Positions 1-10,562 are shown, numbered from the stretch's first letter. The stretch: DNA of 64,000 nucleotides from Candidatus Thorarchaeota archaeon (GCA_048882485.1 JBHLRP010000007.1:1-64000); one strand, 5' to 3'. Numbers and translations are program-made. The notes: generated by a model from the letters alone, not told the origin.

Positions 1-123
1 GATGATGAAGGATTTCCTCGAATTGATCTCGACTATTGCAAGGGGTGTGGTACATGTGCCCAGGTGTGTCCACCTGAATGCATAGAGATGATTAGGGAGG
101 GTCAAGAGGAGGCTGCTGAATGA
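1..123 (+). CDS. porD: 2-oxoacid:ferredoxin oxidoreductase delta (4Fe-4S) subunit/domain, 3' partial
   Basis: Frame 1 reads [40 protein letters not shown], containing a CxxCxxCxxxCP ferredoxin motif; its stop overlaps the porA start (ATGA). Confidence 0.85.
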   Translation, partial: DDEGFPRIDLDYCKGCGTCAQVCPPECIEMIREGQEEAAE

Positions 124-1298
124 AAACCGAGCTAATGAGTGCGAACTATGCAGCTGCAAGAGCAGTGCTATCTGCCCGAGTTGAAGTTGTCGCGGCGTAT
201 CCGATTACGCCTGCAACGACCGTGCCTGAACAAATCGCATTGTTGAGTGAAGAGGGTATATTCAAGGGTGAGTTCATACGTGTTGAATCTGAGCATTCTG
301 CTATGTTTGCATGCATAGGTGCGAGTTCCACGGGAGCTAGGGCCTTCACTGCAACATCATCCAATGGTCTACTCCTGATGGATGAGGGCCTTCATTGGGC
401 TGCTGCAGCAAGATTGCCCATCGTGATTGCTAATATCAATCGGTCCGTTTCGCCAAGCTGGAACATCCATGTTACACATGATGACAGTATGAGTAAGCGT
501 GACACAGGTTGGATTCAGTTCTATACATCAAGTGTGGATGAACTATATCACACAATTATCCAGGCGTTCAAGCTCGCCGAGGATGAACGGGTGCTGATGC
601 CCGTGATGGTTAATGCTGATGGGTTTGTCCTTAGCCACACGCTATCAACTTACGATTATCTGGAGCCTGAGGAAGTAGACAAGTTCCTCAAGCCTTACAC
701 ACCTCCCCATTGGGTAATGGACCCTGAGAACCCTATATCACATGGAAACATTGTCTTTCCGGAACACTATCAGGAGTTCCGTTATGGAATGCACGAAGCA
801 GATCTCAATGCTCTGAAGGTCTATGAAGAAGTGGAGAAGGAATACAAGAAACTCTTTGGCAAGTACTTCGGTGGACCGATTGAATGTTACAAATGTGATG
901 ATGCTGATGTCATATTCACCTCTCAGGGCTCGGTTGGTGCAGAGGCAAAGGATGCCATTGATGAACTTCGCGAAGAAGGGTACAAAGTAGGCAATGCGCG
1001 AATGCGAATGGTTAGGCCGTTCCCTGTGGATAAGATTCGAGAACTAGGGTCAAAGGTCAAAGGAATAGCCGCATTTGATAGAGGTGCATCCTATGGATTT
1101 GCTGGACATATAGCGGGAGATATTCGGTCCAGCCTATACAACACGAAGCATAGACCTCTAGTGATTGACTATATAGGCGGCATGGGTGGTCGCGATGTCA
1201 CAGTCGATGACATCAAAGAGATGCTGACTAACACTATGAGATTTGTAGAGTCTGGCGAGCCAGCGCCTGAACAGATTTGGCATGACCTGTTGGAGTGA
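120..1298 (+). CDS. porA: Pyruvate/2-oxoacid:ferredoxin oxidoreductase alpha subunit
   Basis: AYPITP, VESEHSA and ATSSNGL motifs typical of POR alpha subunits. Confidence 0.92.
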   Translation: MKTELMSANYAAARAVLSARVEVVAAYPITPATTVPEQIALLSEEGIFKGEFIRVESEHSAMFACIGASSTGARAFTATSSNGLLLMDEGLHWAAAARLPIVIANINRSVSPSWNIHVTHDDSMSKRDTGWIQFYTSSVDELYHTIIQAFKLAEDERVLMPVMVNADGFVLSHTLSTYDYLEPEEVDKFLKPYTPPHWVMDPENPISHGNIVFPEHYQEFRYGMHEADLNALKVYEEVEKEYKKLFGKYFGGPIECYKCDDADVIFTSQGSVGAEAKDAIDELREEGYKVGNARMRMVRPFPVDKIRELGSKVKGIAAFDRGASYGFAGHIAGDIRSSLYNTKHRPLVIDYIGGMGGRDVTVDDIKEMLTNTMRFVESGEPAPEQIWHDLLE

Positions 1299-2209
1299 TG
1301 AAAATGGTAGCAACGAAAGAAATGCCTCTTAAGGAATACGTGCTCAAGGGTAATGCAGCCTGTGCAGGCTGTCAAGACATGGTAGCACTTCGCCATGCGC
1401 ACAAGGCGTTAGAAGGAGATGTCATCCAGGTTGTCCCCGCATGTTGCACGAGCGTTGTACAGTCACTCTGGCCAAAGTCCGGTCTGGCCATTCCAGTACT
1501 AAACACAGCATTCATGGCTGCTGCTGCTACTGCATCCGGCGTCAAGGCTGCACTACGTGCAAAGGGCAACGACCACACGCAGGTCATGGTTTGGGCAGGA
1601 GACGGCGGCACCTTTGACATTGGCCTTCAGGCTCTAAGTGGTGCATTTGAGAGACGGACAGACATTCTCTATGTCTGCTATAACAATCAGGTCTATTCCA
1701 ATACGGGAACACAGCGTTCAGGCGCCACGCCACTTCACGCTGAAACGACTACGACATGGTACGGGAAGACTGAACCCGAGAAGATGCTTGACCTGATAGT
1801 TGCCGCACATGAGCCAGTATATCAGGCTACAGCAAACTCGTCCTACCCTAGAGATCTATATGACAAGGTCAAACGAGCCAGCGAGATTGAAGGACCGAAG
1901 TTCATACACATCTTTCTACCCTGTCCTCAAGCATGGAACTATCCGGTTGAGCGAGGAGTTGAAGTTGGAAAGCTAGCAGTAGAAACAGGCTATTGGATAA
2001 TGTGGGAGCGCATTGGTGATGATTTCAAACTTGGTCGTGAGAGCAAGAGGTTTCAAGACCCCACAAGACGGAAGCCCATTGAGGAGTTTCTCCAATTACA
2101 GGGTCGCTTCTCAAAGCTCTTCAAACCCAAACGGGACGAGAAGAAGATAAAGGAGCTTCAGGATTTCGTACAGCATCGATGGGACCTTGTGATGCGCACG
2201 TTCACTTAA
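1295..2209 (+). CDS. porB: Pyruvate/2-oxoacid:ferredoxin oxidoreductase beta (TPP-binding) subunit
   Basis: ACAGC, the GDGG...NN TPP motif and YSNTGTQRSGATP; overlaps porA. Confidence 0.92.
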   Translation: MMKMVATKEMPLKEYVLKGNAACAGCQDMVALRHAHKALEGDVIQVVPACCTSVVQSLWPKSGLAIPVLNTAFMAAAATASGVKAALRAKGNDHTQVMVWAGDGGTFDIGLQALSGAFERRTDILYVCYNNQVYSNTGTQRSGATPLHAETTTTWYGKTEPEKMLDLIVAAHEPVYQATANSSYPRDLYDKVKRASEIEGPKFIHIFLPCPQAWNYPVERGVEVGKLAVETGYWIMWERIGDDFKLGRESKRFQDPTRRKPIEEFLQLQGRFSKLFKPKRDEKKIKELQDFVQHRWDLVMRTFT

Positions 2210-2228
2210 TCACGAAATCATCAAACAA

Positions 2229-4160
2229 CTAGCCGCCTAAATGGACCCAGTACTTCTTGTAGTAGATGTAACCCGCAGCAATGACTGTTGCCAAAACGGC
2301 AGCAATGCCCATAGCAAGCACTATTGGGAAGTCATAGTATTTTGGACTTGTTCCTCGGAGATACTCATCGAGATTACTGACTCCATCCCCATCCTGGTCA
2401 TCTGTAGAATCATCGACCAATGGATTAAGGCCCATCTCGATCTCATAGTTATCGGGCATGGAATCTTGATCTGTATCAGAGCTGATAGGTGATGTTCCGA
2501 GATTGTACTCAACGATGTTCGTCAGAGTGTCTTCATCGGGGTCTTCATGAGAGTCTACAGCAATGGGATCTAATCCATAGTCTACCTCCCATTTATCATC
2601 CATGCCATCTCCATCAGAATCTTCGACTTCAGGGTTCGTGTTTGAATTGAACTCGTCGACATTAATGAGACCATCTCCATCGAGGTCCTCTGCGGAGTCA
2701 TCGACTAGTGGATTAAGTCCGTGATAGTATTCCCATCCATCTGTCATGGAATCGGCGTCAGAATCGGGATTTAGAAAATCCGTGCCCAAGACATTCTCAA
2801 TCCCATTACTGAGATCGTCATTGTCACTGTCATCTTGGAAGGCGGTCGAGAAGAGCCACGGATCGTCACTGTCTGCAACGCCATTTCCATTGTAGTCAAC
2901 ATCGTACTCCACGTCAATAGTATAGCCCATCCACATAGAGGCCTCATATTCTATGACTAGCCGGTAGAGCCCTTTCTGACTCACAGTTGTGTCAAATATC
3001 GTCTGTTGTGAGTGGACGCGATTTTCCTCCACTGATTCAACCAGAGTTCCATCAGGGGCATAGAGAGAGAATCTAGCTGGTTGGTCCCATATGGCTTCCA
3101 TCTTGAAATTGCTTGTCATACCAATTGCGAAGAGGTACTCAGTTTCATAGCTAGTCGTGTCCCTTCCTGAATAACGAAGGGACATCCGTTCGCCGTATGC
3201 TAAGGACATGATGAAGGCCATACTGGCTCCCAGACTAGCTACAAGCTCTGTTGCAACATCATAGTCGTAAGCCGGATTGTTCCAAGCATCAGCAGGCGTG
3301 TGATAGTCTTCATCTACTCCAGATTGATGTGCGAATAGGGAACTATGGTACCCCTTTTGGATAAAGGAGTAATGATCAGATCTTGTCCAGGCGCTGAATT
3401 GGTTTGATGGCACTGGTTTAATCATGTCATTGCCAACATTGTTGCTCATCATTTGAGCGGTTTCTGCCCAGACCTGGCCAATATGATATCCAGGTGGGTA
3501 AACCAGTAACAGCTTCTCATCGGGAGGAGCGCTGGAGTCAGGTACAAGAATCATGTCAATGTTGTAGTGGACTAGTATCTCAATCTCTCGGACCAAAAAC
3601 TCAGTAGCAACTTCACTACTACCGTAGAGTCCAATCTCCTCGGCATTCCAGAACCCAAAGTAGATGTCAAGCGGCCACTCAAACTGGGACATCACTCTTG
3701 CTAACTCCATAGCAGTAGCCACGCCAGAGCCATCATCGTTCGCACCTGGTGCACCAGGCACAGAATCAAAATGACCACCCACTAGCATGGAAGGACCTTC
3801 CCCTAAATATCCCGGTAGACATCCGACAACTGACTGATAGGACCCTATGACCTCAGTTTCGATACGCCCGTCAGAAACATCCTCTAGTTCGTTGATAATC
3901 CAATCTATGGCATAGAGATTGGCATCACTGCCTACTTCTCTCGAACCATTCTCGGTGATTTTCTGTACATAACCGAGATAGGAATCCCGGGAAACCAATG
4001 AATAGATCGTTTTTGAATAATCGACTCCATACACCCTAGTTTCTGATGTAATCATGTCACTTTCTGGAATGCCGACCTGAATCAGTGTCGGAGTCAGAAT
4101 GATAGCTGGAAATCCAAGAATGAAAATGAACATGAGTGTGAGTGTCCACAGTCGATTCAT
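2229..4160 (-). CDS. Membrane-anchored extracellular M28 family metallopeptidase with Ca-binding DxDxDG (thrombospondin type 3-like) repeats
   Basis: N-terminal signal/TM; intact GGHFDS, GANDDGSG, NAEEIG, SDH and DYHT motifs; about 7 D-x-D-x-D-x-x-x-x-x-x-E repeats; C-terminal TM followed by KK. Confidence 0.85.
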   Translation of the reverse strand: MNRLWTLTLMFIFILGFPAIILTPTLIQVGIPESDMITSETRVYGVDYSKTIYSLVSRDSYLGYVQKITENGSREVGSDANLYAIDWIINELEDVSDGRIETEVIGSYQSVVGCLPGYLGEGPSMLVGGHFDSVPGAPGANDDGSGVATAMELARVMSQFEWPLDIYFGFWNAEEIGLYGSSEVATEFLVREIEILVHYNIDMILVPDSSAPPDEKLLLVYPPGYHIGQVWAETAQMMSNNVGNDMIKPVPSNQFSAWTRSDHYSFIQKGYHSSLFAHQSGVDEDYHTPADAWNNPAYDYDVATELVASLGASMAFIMSLAYGERMSLRYSGRDTTSYETEYLFAIGMTSNFKMEAIWDQPARFSLYAPDGTLVESVEENRVHSQQTIFDTTVSQKGLYRLVIEYEASMWMGYTIDVEYDVDYNGNGVADSDDPWLFSTAFQDDSDNDDLSNGIENVLGTDFLNPDSDADSMTDGWEYYHGLNPLVDDSAEDLDGDGLINVDEFNSNTNPEVEDSDGDGMDDKWEVDYGLDPIAVDSHEDPDEDTLTNIVEYNLGTSPISSDTDQDSMPDNYEIEMGLNPLVDDSTDDQDGDGVSNLDEYLRGTSPKYYDFPIVLAMGIAAVLATVIAAGYIYYKKYWVHLGG

Positions 4161-4318
4161 ATCCGATAATCAAAACTAAACTACACATGAACATTGTCAT
4201 TCGTGTAATCGTCGTATAACTGGAAGGAGGTATTTGCGCATTCTAATATGATACCGAAACCATATTACACAGATACTTACTTGATTTCAGTCCCAAAACC
4301 AATTGGCTGTGTCATATT

Positions 4319-5596
4319 ATGCCACTGACAGACTTCCCCAAAGTAGTTGAGATTAAAGATCCGCTGCATGGTTATGTAGCCCTCTCTGAGGTGGAGAAGG
4401 CGGTTGCAGACCTGCGGCTAACTCAGAGACTGAGAACCATTCGTTCACCTGCAGGAGTCTACATGGTATTCTCGGGTGCGGACACTTCACTAATGGGGAA
4501 GCTTCTGGGATTCATGCACACCACTCACATCTTCATGGACTATTTGGGAGCCAATGAGGAAGAGATTCAGAGTGCTCGCCTTGCCGCAATGTTTCTTACA
4601 CTTTCCACAGGTCCTTGGGAGAATGTAACCAACGAATTCTTGGCAGTCCGCGGACTCAATCGCAAGCAGCTTGCAGAACTAATCATTACGAAATCCCAAG
4701 CTAGCAAGGTTCTTGAGGAATGTGGTTATTCCCAAGATGAAGTTGTGAATACCATCAAGCGCGGAGTGCCATTGAAGGGCGTTCGTTTTGATTTAGAGAC
4801 TACTCCGATAAATCCCGAGCTCGTTGATCGACTGGAACGAGATTCCTACTTCTCAGGGGTTGAATATGCACAACTCGAATTCCGGAGATTGTTCCAATCT
4901 ACCAGGGTTGCAAAGAACAAGATTGCCATAGAACGTGGTGCATTGTTCACATTTGAGTCATATCTCTCAGCAGGGGCAAACATGTTCGATGCTGTCTACT
5001 ACCATAAGGCTGTAAGAGCCGCCGAACTCATGCTTCTCAGGATATTGGATGAAGCAGGGGCTGAACTCGCACCTTCGCCTCGAGATGATATCAATGCCTA
5101 CCTGAATCTAGATGATATATCATTCCTAGACCAATTGCTTAATCCACCGGAGGATGCATCAGAAGAAATGCAAACTGCTTGCAAGCTCTTTGAAGACTTC
5201 AGCGCTAGATACCTCATCAAGATGGCAAGTGAACGTGCAATAAGCGATGTTGCGTTTCTAGATTCAATCTCGACTCCAGATGGATTGTTCAATATCGAGA
5301 AAGAGATTGCCGATGATGCTGGGATCGACCCAAGTAATGTCTTTGTTGATTACCCTGACAGGCAGTCTGTGAGCTTCTATCCGGGGAAATTTGACATTGA
5401 AGACCTTGTATTCTTCGAGCGTGGCTCTAAGGGCTATGAGTTCTGGCCAGTTGAGGATATCAGCTTGCTTGCGAGGAGCTTTGAGAGAAAAATCAAACTA
5501 ATTCGGGTATATACAACTCGTGGCTATCGTTCAAAGGTAAAGAAAGCTGCTGATGCCCTTCTGGAGAGCATCGATGCTCCTGGAACCACTGAATGA
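4319..5596 (+). CDS. HD-superfamily (SAMHD1/YdhJ-like dNTPase) homolog with degenerate active site
   Basis: IKDPLHG, QRLR and VYYHKAVRAAE match the family, but the H...HD metal motif is replaced (LAAMFLTLSTGPW). Confidence 0.75.
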   Translation: MPLTDFPKVVEIKDPLHGYVALSEVEKAVADLRLTQRLRTIRSPAGVYMVFSGADTSLMGKLLGFMHTTHIFMDYLGANEEEIQSARLAAMFLTLSTGPWENVTNEFLAVRGLNRKQLAELIITKSQASKVLEECGYSQDEVVNTIKRGVPLKGVRFDLETTPINPELVDRLERDSYFSGVEYAQLEFRRLFQSTRVAKNKIAIERGALFTFESYLSAGANMFDAVYYHKAVRAAELMLLRILDEAGAELAPSPRDDINAYLNLDDISFLDQLLNPPEDASEEMQTACKLFEDFSARYLIKMASERAISDVAFLDSISTPDGLFNIEKEIADDAGIDPSNVFVDYPDRQSVSFYPGKFDIEDLVFFERGSKGYEFWPVEDISLLARSFERKIKLIRVYTTRGYRSKVKKAADALLESIDAPGTTE

Positions 5597-5667
5597 ATTT
5601 TCAAGACCATAACTGAGGGAAAAGTAGAATAGCTCCTTTCATCTTGGCCACATCAGTTGTGGTCACC

Positions 5668-6117
5668 ATGAACGATGAAGTCACCTCTGAGATTGGTTTT
5701 GATGATGTTGTGAGAGACCCCAATTTCCTAGCAATACTTCTAGGAGCGGTCCTATGGCTCGTCGGAGCGTATATCCCCCTCATTGGCCCGCTCTTTATCA
5801 CTGCTGGATTTGTCATCACAGTATTTGCTACAGCATCTACGGCTGCTATTCGACCTTCGAAAGGTGCCTGGCCAGGGCTAATTATAGGCTCTCTGATTTA
5901 TCTACTAGGCCTCTACTTGCGATGGTTTCCATTGGTGAGCTTGCTGGCTCCGCTTGTGGAAATTCCTGGGGCTGTGCTCATTCTCTTCTTTGCAATTCCT
6001 ATTGCACTACAATATAGTAATGCGCCTCTAATGGAAACATTCCAGAGTGAATGGGCTAAAAGGTCAAAAACAAGAACTGGCGAATCGGAGGAAAAAGATA
6101 CAGCAGCAAATGAATGA
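5668..6117 (+). CDS. Small membrane protein (~4 TM)
   Basis: Hydrophobic segments; probable ATG start at 5668 (the ORF track starts at TTG 5644). Confidence 0.7.
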   Translation: MNDEVTSEIGFDDVVRDPNFLAILLGAVLWLVGAYIPLIGPLFITAGFVITVFATASTAAIRPSKGAWPGLIIGSLIYLLGLYLRWFPLVSLLAPLVEIPGAVLILFFAIPIALQYSNAPLMETFQSEWAKRSKTRTGESEEKDTAANE

Positions 6118-6177
6118 CCTACATGGTAATTTGCAGCATCTTAAAACTCTAGACGAAATACCTAATAGATAGCAAGT

Positions 6178-8070
6178 ATGAATGAAGGAGGCAAGGACCT
6201 CCACCCTGCACGCCACAGGAGAGGGAGCATAATGTTCACTTGTAGGAAATGCAGGGAGCCTTACTTTGTACTAGCCGCCCAGATAAGGGGCAGGAATCTT
6301 AGGGTCTTTTTACAATGTATCAATGGTCACAAGGACAAACGGGACCTGTCACAGTTTCAAGCCGACAATGCGGCATTTGAGTTGTTTAAGGGACTATTCA
6401 GCTGTGTGCAATGTGGCTCGATAATGGATATCGCGAGCACCGATGCCCATCGTGACAAGGTTGAGTATATCTTTCTCTGTCCGATTCATGGTCCTCAGAG
6501 AAGGGTAGCACCAACCTTGTACCATCCAACGGTCAATCAGCTACGGACAGAAGTCAATGCAGCAAAATCAGTGCTTGATTCCATGAGCTGCCCACGCTGC
6601 GGCCAGGTGTTTGTGATACATGAAATTGGCGAGAAGGGCGAGTTCCTAGAACTCAAATCAAAGTGCCCCAATGGCCATAGAGAGATGCGATTCGTCACGC
6701 GAGATGCCGATGAATCCATTCTGAAGACGGTTCTTAAGCGTCTGGTTCACTGTGATTCATGCGGTTTGCCTTGTAGCATTCAGGACAAGAGTGCTAAGCG
6801 GGATAAAATGCGATTGGAACTTGTGTGTCCGGTTCATGGGTCGCGCAAGAAGGAATTCCCAATAGCCTACGCCTCATTACTTGAAGATGTATCTCAAGCT
6901 GTGACAGAGGGTTCACGCATTCGCACTACCTTGAAGTGTGCTGACTGCGGCGGGGCACTCTCGATTCGCAGTATTGAAGATTCAAGGGACGAGTACAAGA
7001 TAAAGGCCAATTGTGCGGATGGCCACTCATTTGAAATGGTTCAACGCATTGACTGGAGTGATGAAGCTACTGAAGAGATTGCGAGGGCTATTCTGAAATG
7101 CGAAAAATGCGACCTACTAACTGAAATAGGTTCAAAGAAAGTTGATGGAACGAAAGCCGAAATTGAATTGTCCTGTCCTATCCATGGTTCCATGCGCAAA
7201 AACCTCACTGTCGATGCACTCAAGAACCTGGAGAGAATCGAAGAGCAGATTGATAGACAGCCATCTATTGATGAAAGCCTAAAGTGTGTAAGATGCGGGA
7301 CTCCAGTCGTTATCAAGGAGTTCAAGATTGGCAAAGAGGCCGTAGAGGCGAAGATCGAATGTCAAAAAGGGCACAGCGATAATCGCTACTACCTCAATTC
7401 CCTCTCGCCAGCAGTTTTAACGACGATATATGATAAGGCGTATGAATGTCATAAATGCCACCAGCAACTTACTCTCAAGGAAATCGAGCAAGAGGAATCA
7501 AAGAGCACAGTGAAGATGACTTGCGAAAAGCATGGAGAGCGAAAGCATGAGGTCCCTGTTGAACATAGTGCTGCTGTAAGAGATGCGTTCACCGCTAGGG
7601 CGACTATGCCATACCTTGAGTCTGTGATGGAAACACTAGGGCATGAAGATATGTGTCAATTCCAGTTTGACGCTGGGGCTGATCCCGAAGAGTTGATTCA
7701 AACCGTAAAGAGTGTGATCGAGCAACATGACCTTCACTTTGTGTCCGAAGACAAATCAGAAACAATGACATCTGCTTGGTATTATGGCATGGGCTTTCGT
7801 GGCAGTCAGTTTGTAGTCGTGGGAACAGTATCGGAAGAGAATCGAGAAATAAAGATACGAGTATTTTCGGATAATGAGAAGAAGCTCAGCACAATTCTGG
7901 CGCACATGCGTGAAAATCTCCGAGAAGTACTACTCCGCATCCATGCAGATGCAGACGATATTCAGCCACTTATCATCCAGTGCGAGAAATGCGGTGCTGG
8001 TTTATCGAAGAGAGGATTACCCGGGGAAACTACGCTTTGTGAACACTGTGGAGTGCCATTACACTGGTGA
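6178..8070 (+). CDS. Multi-zinc-ribbon repeat protein (8 C3H units, an alpha/beta domain and a C-terminal C4 ribbon)
   Basis: Alternating CxxC...CxxGH and CxxC...CxxHG units; the true start is probably ATG 6232, after a GGAGAGGGAG SD-like element. Confidence 0.8.
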   Translation: MNEGGKDLHPARHRRGSIMFTCRKCREPYFVLAAQIRGRNLRVFLQCINGHKDKRDLSQFQADNAAFELFKGLFSCVQCGSIMDIASTDAHRDKVEYIFLCPIHGPQRRVAPTLYHPTVNQLRTEVNAAKSVLDSMSCPRCGQVFVIHEIGEKGEFLELKSKCPNGHREMRFVTRDADESILKTVLKRLVHCDSCGLPCSIQDKSAKRDKMRLELVCPVHGSRKKEFPIAYASLLEDVSQAVTEGSRIRTTLKCADCGGALSIRSIEDSRDEYKIKANCADGHSFEMVQRIDWSDEATEEIARAILKCEKCDLLTEIGSKKVDGTKAEIELSCPIHGSMRKNLTVDALKNLERIEEQIDRQPSIDESLKCVRCGTPVVIKEFKIGKEAVEAKIECQKGHSDNRYYLNSLSPAVLTTIYDKAYECHKCHQQLTLKEIEQEESKSTVKMTCEKHGERKHEVPVEHSAAVRDAFTARATMPYLESVMETLGHEDMCQFQFDAGADPEELIQTVKSVIEQHDLHFVSEDKSETMTSAWYYGMGFRGSQFVVVGTVSEENREIKIRVFSDNEKKLSTILAHMRENLREVLLRIHADADDIQPLIIQCEKCGAGLSKRGLPGETTLCEHCGVPLHW

Positions 8071-8078
8071 ACTGGGCT

Positions 8079-8675
8079 CTATTCACCTGTCCATTCAATG
8101 GTGGGCTTCTCCAGGGCTCCGAGATGCACCATGATCCTCTCTACTAGGGAGCCAACCAGACCTTCAATCTTCTCGGGACGATGCCAAAATGCCGGGCTCG
8201 CCGGCATCACCACCGCTCCTGCTTCCGTCACAGCAGCCATGTTACGAATATGAATAAGATTCAGAGGGGTCTCTCTAGGCACAATGACTAGCTTTCTACG
8301 TTCCTTTAGTGCACAGTCGGCAGCTCTTGCAACTAGATTGTCTGCATATCCATGAGCAATGCCCGCCAGTGTCTTCATTGAACACGGGACTATGGCTACG
8401 GCATCTAGCGGAAAAGACCCGCTTGCAGGACCTGCAGCTAGGTCATCCTCAGGATATGCCTTTTGCACTTCTTTGGCAAGAATTGCAGCACTCAGACCCG
8501 TTTCATGCTTGAGTGTTGCTTCCCCCCACTTCGTGACAATTAGATGCACTTCATGTCCCAGATCTTTCAGCTGACGGATTAAATCCACTCCATAGACTGT
8601 TCCACTTGCACCAGTAATGCATACAAGGATCCTCATACCCATTCCGTCATCTACTCCATTGGATGATACCTTCAA
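8079..8675 (-). CDS. ubiX: Flavin prenyltransferase
   Basis: ITGASG, ASGS, PCSMKTLA, RAADCALKERR, RETPL and PAFW motifs. Confidence 0.93.
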   Translation of the reverse strand: MKVSSNGVDDGMGMRILVCITGASGTVYGVDLIRQLKDLGHEVHLIVTKWGEATLKHETGLSAAILAKEVQKAYPEDDLAAGPASGSFPLDAVAIVPCSMKTLAGIAHGYADNLVARAADCALKERRKLVIVPRETPLNLIHIRNMAAVTEAGAVVMPASPAFWHRPEKIEGLVGSLVERIMVHLGALEKPTIEWTGE

Positions 8676-8717
8676 ACCTGATGCTTGATTTGCCTTTCTA
8701 TTCTGACACTTATGTTT

Positions 8718-10562
8718 CTAAAGCAGAAATGTGAGCAACAACGCGATCAGAAATGATGCTGCGCCAGCCCGGATTCCGACTTTTTTCGCAATCCCTGCAG
8801 CTTCGGCAATATCCTGAGTTAGAATATCGAACCCTCTTTCACCGAATGTGCAAAGATTATTGACTTCGCCAAATCCAAGACCTATCTTAACAGGAGTGAC
8901 CTTCTCACGGGCCTTGTTTGCTGCAATGATGATTGCTTCCATAATCTCCTCAGGCTTATTCTGTCCAATCGGGGGATACCCTCGACTAGAGAGGGATATC
9001 GCATTAACTACATGGGTGTCTGTAGTCAGAACCTCAGCATCATCAAATCCCTGGGTCTTCAGGATACGAATAGCCTCTTCTCGAAAGCCTGCTTCCATGT
9101 TGTTGCCGTCAAGAGAAAGGAGGGCGAATTCACGCTCTGTCCCATTCAGGACAAGAGCCGTCACACCACCGGGACCAATTCCCTCATCCGGACGTACATC
9201 TCGGGGAATCACTCGATAGATGCCAGCTGATACCCTCTTTCTTGCATTCTTGATTGTGGAGAAAACAGCACTCGAAACCGCACCGACATATTCTCCAGCC
9301 TCGGAATCTCCTGGCATTACAGAAACTGCTTCTCCGTCGATGCAGTTGTGGGCATCAACAATAGATACTCTCTGTATCTCGGGCATCCGTTTTCTAACCA
9401 TTTCTGCGGCAGCGCGTCCCACATCTAGCGATATATCATCAGTAAACTCGGGTGCGCTGGTACTGATTGTTAGAACATCATTTCCTGTGAAAAGCGTCCA
9501 GACCTTGAACTTCCCTAGGTCTGACCAATTGGGTCCAGAGATGGTGTCATGGACTTGTGTTTCTTCTATCAGTCGGTCAATTTCCTCCATTATGACTGGA
9601 AAATCCCTTTTCGAAGTGAGATTCTGCTGATGAGTACAACTCCCATGCATGATAAATGCAGGTGCTCCATGCTTTCGTTCAATGTGGTCAATAATCGCTG
9701 ATGGGAGACCACTACTTCCAATCTCTCGAAATGGTCCCGGGTGCACATACTCGACTACTCCTACTGCAACAAGACCATCATCATTCTTGATTACGAGAAT
9801 CTCTATTGGAATATCCTGCATCTCCCCAATCTCAGACAGGGTTCTTTCCATCGGTTCTGAGTTGTCTGTGAGATAGTCATACCCAAACGCCCGAAGAAGC
9901 TCCGGCCCATCGATGCCAAGATCTCTTTCAAATGGAACGCTCACCGCCCTGAAGATATAGTTGACTGCAAATGATAACACTAGAAACATAATAATTGCTG
10001 CAACTGGCCACCAAGTAGGGAGTACAAAGATTGCTCCTCCATATCCTCCCAATGCAAAGACAATAAGATACCATAGGATAGGTATCATCATCGCTGCGGA
10101 AAAGTTGCGAATTGGATGATGATCACTCAGACCTGTGACTAGGAATGCAAAGAGCATGTACGCTGCTCCAAGTCCTAATATCCAGAACCGCACCTCATAA
10201 TACTCATTACTAGTCAAGAAGCTGAGAATGCTGCCAATCACTCCAAAAGACACCCAGAAGAAGATGCCAAATTGGACAGAACCTGCCGTCCTTCTGGCAT
10301 CAAGAGGTGAATCTTCCTTCCTGACAATTATGAAAAGAAGTCCTGTACCTACAAAAGCGGGAATCGCAAGGATAAGATTGGATAGAAGAAATGTGGCGAC
10401 AGCATCGCTCCCAGAGGAATAAGCAATTCTGAACATAGCAGATACATTGGAACCAATCAATACTGCCAGGAGAATTCTTGTGATGATTCCTCGATAGGTC
10501 GGAAGCTGCCAGACCCTAGAGTAGAGTCTTACTGTTTCCTTTACCTTGGCTTTCTCACCCAA
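8718..10562 (-). CDS. DUF2070 family archaeal membrane protein
   Basis: N-terminal multi-TM region, then HPGPF, DAHN, DGNN and TTDTH motifs; probable TTG start at 10562 (the ORF track extends to 10664). Confidence 0.8.
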   Translation of the reverse strand: MGEKAKVKETVRLYSRVWQLPTYRGIITRILLAVLIGSNVSAMFRIAYSSGSDAVATFLLSNLILAIPAFVGTGLLFIIVRKEDSPLDARRTAGSVQFGIFFWVSFGVIGSILSFLTSNEYYEVRFWILGLGAAYMLFAFLVTGLSDHHPIRNFSAAMMIPILWYLIVFALGGYGGAIFVLPTWWPVAAIIMFLVLSFAVNYIFRAVSVPFERDLGIDGPELLRAFGYDYLTDNSEPMERTLSEIGEMQDIPIEILVIKNDDGLVAVGVVEYVHPGPFREIGSSGLPSAIIDHIERKHGAPAFIMHGSCTHQQNLTSKRDFPVIMEEIDRLIEETQVHDTISGPNWSDLGKFKVWTLFTGNDVLTISTSAPEFTDDISLDVGRAAAEMVRKRMPEIQRVSIVDAHNCIDGEAVSVMPGDSEAGEYVGAVSSAVFSTIKNARKRVSAGIYRVIPRDVRPDEGIGPGGVTALVLNGTEREFALLSLDGNNMEAGFREEAIRILKTQGFDDAEVLTTDTHVVNAISLSSRGYPPIGQNKPEEIMEAIIIAANKAREKVTPVKIGLGFGEVNNLCTFGERGFDILTQDIAEAAGIAKKVGIRAGAASFLIALLLTFLL

